The position numbers were made by a program, and so were the translations under genes. Below are positions 38,846 to 50,294 of a stretch of DNA of 64,000 nucleotides, in pieces. Where the stretch lies: NCBI RefSeq assembly GCF_006345805.1, contig NW_021835562.1, positions 2,558 to 66,557 on the forward strand, given 5' to 3'. Each line of letters opens with the position of its first letter. Position 1 is the first letter of the stretch. Source of the DNA: Octopus sinensis (taxonomy: Eukaryota). A model generated the notes under the pieces. That model was not told where the DNA came from and made no database searches. It saw nothing but the letters and a program-made list of their open reading frames with translations.

Positions 38846-39064
38846 CAGTGGTTTTCAACCAGGGTTCCGCGGAACCTTAGGGTTCCGCCAGTACAGTCCG
38901 GGGGTTCCGCAAGAAGTTACAAAACTGCTAAAGTCGGCAGTAATTTTTAATTCTCCTGTGCAGATATGTGTACATAAGACTATTAAATTATTGCACAGGG
39001 GTTCCTCGAGCCAGTGGAATGTTTCCTTGGGGTTCCGCTCCAGCAAAAAGTTTGAAAAGCACTG
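38846..39064. mobile_element. hAT-type MITE
   Basis: TIR CAGTGGTTTTCAAC / GTTTGAAAAGCACTG; 8-bp TSD GTGTAGAG/TTGTAGAG with central TA. Confidence 0.85.
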
Positions 39065-39187
39065 TTGTAGAGGCATACGTTTTAAACTCACTTTTTACAT
39101 ATTTTGATCAGCGAGTGGCAAAATGCGAAATAATTTTCCTCCCATTAGAACGGAAGTATACCGATTTCTCCATTGTGATATTACATG

Positions 39188-39393
39188 AACAATTGCAGCG
39201 TGGAAGGTGTTAATAAGCCATTTGAAAACACACAAAAACCGTGCTGCATTTGTGCAGCACGGAATTTTGTCAGTGAATAGGTTTCAAAGCGACGAAAATA
39301 TTTTGACAAATAAAATCTAAATGTTGAAGTGAATCTAACGGTTTTTGTGTGTTTCTTAAATGGCTTATAAACACCTTCCACGCTGCCATTGTT
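39188..39393. mobile_element. Palindromic MITE with about 55-bp inverted ends
   Basis: CAGCGTGGAAGGTGTTAATAAGCCATTTGAAAACACACAAAAACCGT versus ACGGTTTTTGTGTGTTTCTTAAATGGCTTATAAACACCTTCCACGCTG. Confidence 0.75.
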
Positions 39394-39743
39394 TTCGTTC
39401 CAGCACACGATCTCAGATCAGGTCATTTGCTATGCATTACATGATTTTGGCAAAGTTATTGAGAGGTGTAGTCTCAAAATTTAGACCTGCCAGACACAAA
39501 TGAAGGTAATATTCTTATTCAGTGTCATGAATAAACCCAGAGCCGAGTCAGAAACTGAGGCACCAAAAGACTTCGTTAAAGATGTTCCCCACTATAGCTT
39601 ATGCAGTCCTGAATGCAACAGAAATGAACAAGAGCCAACAAACACGGACAATATGGCGCCCATGTAGTTTCACTTTGGAGGTTATAACCGAAAAACCGTA
39701 TTTTAGATGGAAGCTAAATATGGTTTAATTGGTGTGTGTGTGT

Positions 39744-39788
<45 letters not shown>

Positions 39789-40151
39789 TGCCTGTATGTC
39801 TGTCTGTATGTATGTCGGTCTGTATGTATGTCTGTATGTCTGTCTGTCTGTTTACGACAATACAACTCGCCATGCGCCATCAATTGAACATCTCACACGA
39901 TCTGCGTCTTACTGTTTCTTTCTAGACCCACTCTCTTTCCCCTTCTGGTCCCTTCCATACTGCTACATCCCTTTCTACCTATCTTTCGATTTCTCTTATA
40001 AAAGTGCCCCGTTTGTTGCTAACAATCAATGAATCGCTATTCCTGTGTCTCTACGTCTTCATCTTCTTCCTCTTCTTAACCTTCTGGCATTTCCTGTATG
40101 TTGTTCTATCTATCTCTCTATATCTTTGTAACACACACCCACACACACACA

Positions 40152-40206
<55 letters not shown>

Positions 40207-40245
40207 ATACATACATACATACATACATACATACATACATACATA

Positions 40246-40286
<41 letters not shown>

Positions 40287-40397
40287 AGAGAGAGAGATAG
40301 ATAGATAGATAGATGATTGTATGTGTGTATATATATGCATGTATATATGTATATATGTGTATGTATGTGTAGGTCTATATATGTGTGCATGCGTATG

Positions 40398-40447
<50 letters not shown>

Positions 40448-41059
40448 ATACCATATATATCTATACATGTATACACACACACGCACACACATATATATAT
40501 ACACACAGAAAACATACATGTGTATGTACGAGGGATGGGCGAGAGCATTTCCCTCTCACTGACCTCGATTTTACATTTACATTCTTCCCTTCCATACGTA
40601 CTTTAGACACCTAGAAAATTCCTCTAAAGCCATTACACCACCTCTAACACTAATACACGGCAACAACCACCACCACCATACCACCACCGCCACCGCCACC
40701 ACCACCACTACAACAAAAACAACAAGAACGTGACCACTGCACAAGCACGAAACGAGTTCAGGCCAACTATTTACTTAGGCTCTTGTGTAAATATGACAAA
40801 GTCTTGACCGGAAATGAATGCATTCCTTTATCAATATAAACACACGCACACACACAAGCTATATACATATATATTTACACTTGCATGTGTGCGTATGTAT
40901 ATATATATATATATAATATATATATATATAGTGAGAGAAAAAGAGTGTTAGAGAAAGAGGGAGAGGTTTGTTTAGACACAAACTACTCGAGCACTTTTAA
41001 TCATTTGTACACACTCACATATATATATATATATATATATGTATGTATATATAGATGTA

Positions 41060-41105
<46 letters not shown>

Positions 41106-41127
41106 TATTATATATATATACATATAT

Positions 41128-41180
<53 letters not shown>

Positions 41181-41248
41181 TGTGTGTGTGTGTATATATA
41201 TAATATATATATATATATAATATATATATAGATGTGTGTATATATTAC

Positions 41249-41319
<71 letters not shown>

Positions 41320-41322
<3 letters not shown>

Positions 41323-41551
41323 GGTTGGCCAAAATTCACCTGACAGTAATCAAGACCATTTAATTTCTAGATTTATTCATGTTTAACAACTGAATGAATT
41401 TAATAAAAAACATAGAAATATGATACATCATGAAAAGTGTTCAAACTGAAGTCCTTCTTGAGCGACACATTTTTCCATTCAAGTCAATACAGAATTACAG
41501 ATAGTAATTATGGAATTTTAATTTACTGTCGTGTGCCTTTGTCCAACCCTG
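41320..41551. mobile_element. Tc1/mariner-type MITE
   Basis: TA-CAGGGTTGGCCAAA ... TTTGTCCAACCCTG-TA. Confidence 0.8.
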
Positions 41552-41838
41552 TACATATATTTATATTTATATCGAAGTGATTTTACTACTACTATTAATT
41601 TTTTTACTATAATCATCTCTTAAATATAGCCACGAAACACGTGTCGTTATTCTACCAAGTATATACATTTTTATTATTTTGCAATTTACTTAATCATCGG
41701 TATATTATTGTTATTTTAATTTTAATATTTTTATTATATGTAATTTTCTAGATGGTGTAACTTAATTGTTCATTTTGAATTGATAAAAGGTGGGTTCTTT
41801 CCAATTAGTATATATGTGCGTTTGTGTGTGAGAGATAG

Positions 41839-41961
<123 letters not shown>

Positions 41962-42071
41962 TAACTGAATTTCCTTTCCTCGCGATCCAAGTGCTTTCGT
42001 GAAATAAAACTCTATTTGAAAGAAAAGGAATAGTTTTTGAAACGAAGATTTATTCAACGAGTATTGGCTAG

Positions 42072-42130
<59 letters not shown>

Positions 42131-42445
42131 CTCGCTCTCTCTCTCCCTCTCGTCTCTCTCTCTCTCTCTCATGTCTCTCTCTCTCTCTATAATATATATA
42201 TTATATATATAATATATTATATAGATATATATATAATAGGGAGTATATCCACACTTACAGGGGAAATTAGATTTAGATTTTGAAAATATAAATTTTAAAA
42301 TCTAAATTTTTAATAATTTAAATTTTAAATTTTATATTTTATTTATCTATTATATTATATTAATTTATTTTATAATTTTGTTTTTTATTTTTGGTTTATT
42401 GTCTATCACTGTTTGAGTTGCCTAATAGTGGTTATATCTCTAATT

Positions 42446-42483
<38 letters not shown>

Positions 42484-42613
42484 TATATATATATATATAT
42501 ATATAATATATATATGATAAAACACGGAGAAAAATGAACAACAAGAAAAAACAACAACGCGAGCATGTGATACATGCAAAGTATGAATAAGACACTCTGA
42601 GAAATAAAGGGCA

Positions 42614-42647
42614 TTTTACGTTTCGAGCAAAGATCTTCTTCAGAAAG
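42614..42647 (-). ncRNA. Minimal hammerhead motif with one stem II mismatch
   Basis: TTT-CTGAAGA-A-GATC-TTT-GCTC-GAAAC-GT-A-AAA; canonical CUGAAGA core and palindromic ACGU stem III. Confidence 0.55.
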
Positions 42648-42721
42648 AAGAGACAGAGGAAAGTTCAAGAGAAGAGTCATAAACAATAGACATTATTTGA
42701 ATCCATTTATTGGGACATACT

Positions 42722-43130
42722 CTTTACACTTTTCTCTTTTACTTGTTTCAGTCATTTGACTGCGGCCATGCTGGAGCACCGCCTTTAGTCGAGCAAATCA
42801 ACCCCGAGACTTATTCTTTTGTAAGCCCAGTACGTATTATCTATCGTCTCTTTTTGCCGAACCGCTAAGTGACGGGGACGTTAACACACCAGCATCGGTT
42901 GGTCAAGCAATGCTAGGGGGACAACACAGACACACAACACACACACACACATATACATATATATACATATATAACGACAGGCTTCTTTCAGTTTTCCGTC
43001 TACCAAATCCACTCACAAGGCATTGGTCGGCCCGGGCTATAGCAGAAGACACCGCCCAAGATGGCACGCATTGGACTGAACCCGGAAACCATCTGGTTGG
43101 TTAGCAAGCTACTTACCCACACAGCCACTC

Positions 43131-43131
<1 letters not shown>
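42722..43131 (-). mobile_element. SINE family B, near full length
   Basis: Full head-to-tail match. Confidence 0.9.
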
Positions 43132-43182
<51 letters not shown>

Positions 43183-43283
43183 GCACACATATATTATATG
43201 CATATATATTATATATATATATATATACTCTCTCTCTCTATATATATATTATATATTATATTATATATATATATATAGGTGCA

Positions 43284-43650
43284 GGAGTGGCTGTGTGGTA
43301 AGTAGCTTGCTAAACCAACCACACGGTTGCGGGTTCAGTCCCACTGCGTGGCATCTTGGGCAAGTGTCTTCTGCTATAGCCCCGGGCCGACCAATGCCTT
43401 GTGAGTGGATTTGGTAGACGGAAACTGAAAGAAGCCTGTCGTATATATGTATATATATGTATATGTGTTGTGTTTGTGTGTCTGTGTTTGTCCCCCTAGC
43501 ATTGCTTGACAACCGATGCTGGTTGTGTTTAGGTCCCCGTCACTTAGCGGTTCGGCAAAAAGAGACCGATAGAATAAGTACTAAACGGTGGTGCTCCAGC
43601 ATGGCCGCAGTCAAATGCCTGAACAAGTAAAAGAGTAAAAAGAGTAAGAG
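43284..43650 (+). mobile_element. SINE family B, near full length
   Basis: Head GGAGTGGCTGTGTGG; tail (GTAAAAGA)n. Confidence 0.9.
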
Positions 43651-43674
43651 TATATATATATTATATATATTTAC

Positions 43675-43706
<32 letters not shown>

Positions 43707-43731
43707 TATTATATATATATATTATATATAT

Positions 43732-43788
<57 letters not shown>

Positions 43789-44010
43789 TAATATATATAT
43801 AATATATATATAAATAATATATATGCATATAATATATTGCATATAATAATATTTGTTTGTGTATATATCATTTGTATTGACTCGAATGGATTTTTTAGTA
43901 CTCTATTTATTTTATGTAATTGATTTATCGTATCTTTTTATGTTTTTTCTATATGGTATGATTTAAGTATACCATTGTTGAATGGCTTTTAAGGTGGTTC
44001 TTCTCTAATT

Positions 44011-44043
<33 letters not shown>

Positions 44044-44064
44044 ATTTATATTATATATATTTAT

Positions 44065-44095
<31 letters not shown>

Positions 44096-44222
44096 TAATA
44101 TATAATATTATATGTATTATTAAATATATATATTATATATATATAATATAATATTCTATATATATTTATATCATAATAATACTAATTATATATATACTTA
44201 TATATATATAATATAATATATA

Positions 44223-44277
<55 letters not shown>

Positions 44278-44281
44278 ATAT

Positions 44282-44768
44282 ATTGTTGTATTTAGGAATG
44301 GTCATTTGCCAGTTTAGCCAATAAAACACAAGCACTATATGTTTGGTGTTACTTTGCTTCAGCGTTATTTATTTTTTACATTAATCTTAATCTTATTTCG
44401 GCCAGAGTTCTTTCGTCACATTCCCGTGACCTCATCAGTGGTCCTGTGCTTTCTTCTTTCTTATTTGTTTGTCTCTCCTTACTAACGGTCATCCATTTTG
44501 TATTTTGTATTTCTATTGTATGTGTCTTCATTTGCGCATGCGTATACCTTTATGTGTGTCTATGCTTAGTTACTTGGGGAGGGGAAATGCCTGTAATATT
44601 TGTATCTCCTGTTTATATACGTTCGTGTAATTTGTAAAAGTAACACCAGATATATAGTGCGTGTGTTTTTATTGGCTAAACTGGCAAAATGACCATTCCT
44701 AAATACAACAATATCTGTTTCAACACACGATTTCACATCAAAAATCTTACAAAACAATTATATATATA
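44282..44768 (-). mobile_element. Family H1 element, copy 2, with inverted terminal duplication
   Basis: 44282-44352 is the inverted copy of 44636-44715; hammerhead lies between the arms. Confidence 0.8.
44402..44441 (-). ncRNA. Minimal type-I hammerhead ribozyme
   Basis: CCA-CTGATGA-G-GTCAC-gggaat-GTGAC-GAAA-G-AA-C-TC-TGG; perfect CUGAUGA core. Confidence 0.8.
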
Positions 44769-45698
44769 ACTAGCAGTATTGCCCGGCTCGTGCGCTCGTG
44801 CATCCTATGCAATCGCGAATTAAGCTAAACTTGGATGAAGTTCACTCAAAATTCAATTATTTTGGTTTTTAAATCAGCATTTACATAATGCCCTCTAATT
44901 TTGCGCTTATGTGTTCCATTTCCTCAATAGGAGTACGTAGAACCGTTTCATAAATTTTTGATGATCAAATAATTGCATTGTTGAATTATTCTTTTAGATC
45001 AGTATTTCTCAACGGGGATTTCAGGGAGAGTTACAGGGAGTCGCTGGTGATGTATCGTAATGATCAAAAATCCGGCCTGCTAAAATTTGGTTAAAGTGAT
45101 TCAAACTGCAGACTCAACGCAAAATGGTCACATTTAATTCAAAGTGTTAAAAATGTTATGAAAACAATTGGTATGTGTTCACAAAGTCCAAACGATTAAT
45201 ACGAAAAAACCTCCAGGCTACATCCCGAAAATTCATTTCTTTGCAGAATTTCTACAATGTTTACGGCGATTCGTTTTTATATCTTGATTTTTTATTTTTC
45301 ATGCAATTTACGCATGCTTGCACCCGTGGTGAACATAGTTCACGTCAAACAGCTGACTGAGTAAAGTTCACTATTCAATGCATGGGATAAGGCCTAAACA
45401 AACACATTATCGATTTTTGCACTTGCGAGATGAATTTCGGAACAGAAACAGCGCAGTTCAATTTTCATTCGCCTAAACTTTAAGTGACCCATTTTTGGTG
45501 GTTCTACGATTTGTTGGCTAGGAGGAGATGTGCCGGGAATTTCAGAAGAGAAATAGCGCAGTTCAATTTTCATTCGCCTAAACTTTAAGTGACCCATTTT
45601 TGTGGTTCTACGATTTGTTGGCTGGGAGGAGATGTGCCGGGAAGTTAAACACACAGACACACACACAGACACACAAGTTGAGTTTTATATATAGAGAT
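44767..45698 (+). mobile_element. Non-autonomous Helitron-like (Lep1-type) element with a 105-bp internal tandem duplication
   Basis: 5' TAACTAGCAGTATTGCCCGG; 3' (CA)n followed by TTTTATATATAGAGAT; duplicated unit starts at 45451 and 45556. Confidence 0.55.
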
Positions 45699-46290
45699 TT
45701 TGTATACGTCATTCAGGACATCACTACCGATAGGAATTAGTTATCTTTTCTAGAACTTATTAGGCCGAACTCCTTGTTAGGCGACATGAATGAACACAGC
45801 ATAAACACCAATCGTTATTGTCGTAAATGTTGACACGCCGATATACTGAAATATTTGTGTATGTATGTGCGTGCGTGCGTGTATGTGTGTGTGTTTGTGA
45901 GTGTGTGTGTGTCTGTGTGTTTGTCTACATATACATATTATGTGTGTATGTTTGCGTGTGCGTATCTGTGTCAGACAGATAGAGACGTTATTTTAATTAG
46001 TTTAAACCCGGAGACAGTTCGTTGCTAGGTGAGATCTTTAGCCAATAATACGCTCGGTCATAAGCTCTGATTGAAAGTATGGAGGCGCCATAAAGCCCGC
46101 CTTGGCTCTAATTCATTTCTGCTGCATTTTGAATTACATATGCTACACTGCTCTACAAATATACATGTGTATCTACATACATATCTACTTGTGTGTGTGT
46201 ATGTGTGTGTGTGTGTATGTGTGTGCGCGCGCGAGTATGCATGTGTATACATATGCTTATATACGTATGTAGATATAAATGCATGCATAG

Positions 46291-46325
<35 letters not shown>

Positions 46326-46606
46326 ATATATATATTTTACATTATATATATATTATATATATACGCACACACACAGATATATTTAAGCATATATATATGT
46401 GTGTGTGTGTGGTGGTTTTGTATATATTATATCATATATGGATATATATATATATATAGAAATTCGGGGTGAGTACTTGATAATTATAAGCACCTGTGTA
46501 TACCGTTTGGTGGTGTAGGTGGTGGAGTATATATGTATATACACTTATACGCATACATATATATATACATATACATGTATATATACATACAATGTATATA
46601 CATACA

Positions 46607-46655
<49 letters not shown>

Positions 46656-46961
46656 TGGGAGAGAGAGAGAAAAGGAAGAGAGAGTGATTGATATAGTGTG
46701 ATTGCCCTTCACAGGGGTTCTAATATCTGGCTGAGGTAATACTTATTTAGGGTTTCTAGTTCATGGAGGTTTTATTACATGTACGTATATGTGTATATAT
46801 GTGTGTGCCTGTGTGTCTATGTGTGTGTGTATCTGTGTCTGTGACAATAGATAGATAGATAGATCTTTTATTTTCTATATGTTTCTGTCATTAGACTGCG
46901 GCCATGAAATAAAAACAGTACTGTACTACATATTTTTATTATTATTATTTTTATAATTTAC

Positions 46962-47640
46962 TCGTTTACTTGTTTCAGTCATTTGACTGCGGCCATGCTG
47001 GAGCACCACCTTTAATCGAGCAAATCGACCCCGAGACTTATTCTTTGTAAGCCCAGTACTTATTCTATCGGTCTCTTTTGCCGAACCGCTAAGTGACGGG
47101 GACATAAACACACCAGCATCGGTTGTCAAGCAATGCTAGAGGGACAAACACAGATACACAAACATATACACACACATGCACATATATATGTATACATATA
47201 TACGACAGGCTTCTTTCAGTTTCCGTCTACCAAATCCACTCACAAGGCTTTGGTCGGCCCGAGGCTATAGCAGAAGACACTTGCCCAAGATGCCACGCAG
47301 TGGGACTGAACCCGGAAGCATGTGGTTGGTTAGCCAGCTACTTACCACACAGCCACTCCTGCGCCTATTTGTATATATTTATTTTATTATAAATGCAAAA
47401 CAACACCGTGGAGGAATCGACGTAAGCTTAAATAATAAACCGTGGCAGGTGAACCGTGATATGGCGACGGATCACTGTATATATACGATGGGATTCTTTC
47501 AGTTTCCGTCTACCAAGTCCGCTCACAAGGTTTTGGTCGGCCCGAGGATATGGTAGAAGACACTTGCCCAAGGTGCCATGCAGTGGGACTGAACTCAGAA
47601 CCATGTGGTTTTGAAGCAAACTTCTTACCACACAGTCATG
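46962..47640 (-). mobile_element. SINE family B: full copy (46962-47359) and partial copy (47485-47640)
   Basis: Family B motifs. Confidence 0.88.
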
Positions 47641-47805
47641 TCTAAGCTTATAATTTCTAGATGAGAGTTATCTCGGCGATCACCCACAATACTAAACTAT
47701 CCAGAATGCTTGTTTACATATACATACAGTGAGGCTGCTAAATTTCTGTATACGAATTTACGTACACATTGATGGGTATCGGCAAGAGAGCAATGAACAG
47801 TATGT

Positions 47806-48115
47806 GGAGGCACATGGCCAAGTGGTTAGAGCAGCGGACTCGCGGTCGAGGGATCGGGTTCGAATCTCAGACCGGGTGATGTGTGTGTTTATGAGCGAAA
47901 ACACCTAAGCTTCACGCGGCTCCGGCAGAAGGTCATGGCGAAACTTCTGCTGACTCTTTCGCCACAACTTTCTCTCACTCTTTCCTCCTGCATCTTGCAG
48001 CTCACCTGCGACGGACCGGCGTCCCGTCCAGGTGGGGAACCTATACGCCAAGAAACCGGGAAACCGGCCCTTATGAGGCAGGCATGGCTCGAGAAGGAAC
48101 AAAAAAAAACAAAAA
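47806..48115 (+). mobile_element. SINE family C variant with 13-bp TSD
   Basis: TSD CAATGAACAGTAT at 47791-47803 and 48116-48128; tRNA-like head. Confidence 0.88.
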
Positions 48116-49057
48116 CAATGAACAGTATAAATATGTAGACTTCTAATCCAACCAAACAACTTAGACGAGTGCATTCTCTTACATGAAAAGATAGAAACAG
48201 CGCTGGATTAACCATTAAGAAAAGAGCACGTACTCAGGCATCAAGGGAAAGGAGTCAACACAGAAATGGCACCAGTTGCGTATCTATTCTTGAAACAGCT
48301 GTAAGGAACAATCTGCGCACATTCTCCTCTTTCAGTTTTAAGGGTTTATCTGTCACAACCAGCACTGGATTAACCATTACGCAAAATAAGCACGTGCTTT
48401 GAGCATGAAGGAAAGGAGTGCACAACAGAAATGGTAAATGGTCTACGGCACAAAAGAAATTACTTTTAAACTTGCTAAAATAATATTCAGTGGGCTTTAT
48501 GTGAATGGAAATATAATTTTGAAGTGTTTATGGTGTCATGGTGATGATCTGGTCAAAGACTTTGCAAAGCAAAAAAAAAAAGGAAGAGAAAACTTTCTAA
48601 ATATAAATAAAGTGGAAGTATACAAAAAAAGTGGAGGCGCAATGGTCCAGTGTTTAGCGCAGCGGACTCGCGGTTGGAGGATCTAAGGGACTTTTGATAT
48701 ATGTCACCGGCATCATTGAGGTCAGGAAAAAATTATCAACGACACCGCTAATTGGCACATTTGACACGCTACTAATTAGCATAATAGCATCGCCTGGATA
48801 AAGCGGATTACATGGGAAAATGCGTGCAAGAGAAATAATATTCTCTAAGATTATAAATCTGGAAAAATACAGGATAAGCTATTATACTTGGAAAAGTTCA
48901 GGACAAGTTATTACATCTCGTAAAGTACAGGACAAGAAAATTGCAGCTATGGATAAAATATTTTGAGTTATTTGTAATTTTTAATAGAATATAAAGATGG
49001 CTGAGACAGAAAGAAAACGAAAGGCGAAAAATAATCCTTTCTCTTATAGTCCCAGGT

Positions 49058-49355
49058 GGAGGCGCAATGGCCCAGTGGTTAGGGCAGCGAACTCGCGGTC
49101 GGAGGATCGCGGTTTCGATTCCCAGACCGGGTTTTGTGTGTGCTTATTGAGTGAAAACACCTAAAGCTCCACGGGTCTCCGGCAGAGGGTGGTGGCGACC
49201 CCTGTTGCACTCTTTCTCTCAATCTTTCTTCCTGTTTCTTGAGTAACGCTGCGATGGACTGACGTCCCGTCCAACTGTTGGGGGGGGGCACATACGCCAC
49301 AGAAACCGGGAAACCGGGCCCATGAGCCTGACTAGGCTCGACAAGGGCGCATAAA
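49058..49355 (+). mobile_element. SINE family C variant
   Basis: Same head; tail GATGGACTGACGTCCCGTCCA...CTCGACAAGGGCGCAT. Confidence 0.85.
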
Positions 49356-50294
49356 TATAAATAAAATACAAGAATAAACATTATTTTCCTTCTCACTGTT
49401 AGTTTTGTTTCATTTTGTAAAATAAAAATATATTTTATGGTTTATTGTTGTTTATATTTTGAATTACATATATATAGGTGAATCAAAATATTTTAAGTGC
49501 TTAGGGCTTCTATGGGTCTTAATCCGGCTCTTGGTAGAGAGGATCAAGAAAGTACGTAATGGTGAAAGCTTCGCAGCTACGGACCGCAAATTTGATGACA
49601 GTGCATCTATTATTCGTCCTGAGTGTCAATACGATATATTTATCGTTGATTCATTTAACACTGTGTTTTTTAGGAACCAAACTACCGTGATAAACGAGGA
49701 GAGACGTATCATAAAAATGGCCGCGGTTTACGTACATTCAAAGGCTTAGTAAAAGACGGATGGGAAGAGAATATCGCTAACGGGTATTGAACTACATTCC
49801 TATCGAATACATTTCAACATATATGTATTTCAGTGCGTCAGGAAGCGTGTGTGTATGTATGTATGTGTGCATGTGTGTGTACGTTGTTGCGTGTGTTTGT
49901 GCGGTATGCGTATGCGTGTGTGTAAACGGGAACCATCCCTGACTCAAATGACACTCACGATATTTTGTCAACACTTATCCGTAGCAAACTACGATCGAAC
50001 TCCGACTCTTTTTGTCATAAGCTAAATTTTTCTTGCGGCAGAAAAGTGACTGTGCCTATATGTACGTGCGCACACTCTGTATGTGTACGTGTGTATATAT
50101 ACATATAAACAAATGCGTTGGTGTTATTCTCATCCAACGCTCTCTCTATCTCTTCTCTCACTCTCACTCTCACTATATACATAGATATAGATATAGAAAT
50201 AGATATATAATATATATATATATATCTATATATATATATATATATAATATATAATATATATTATATATATATATATATAATATATTATATATAT

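Noticed and set aside
49459-49749. 96-aa ORF as a coding exon
   Set aside because: No recognisable motif and a weak start context; a blastx search is needed.
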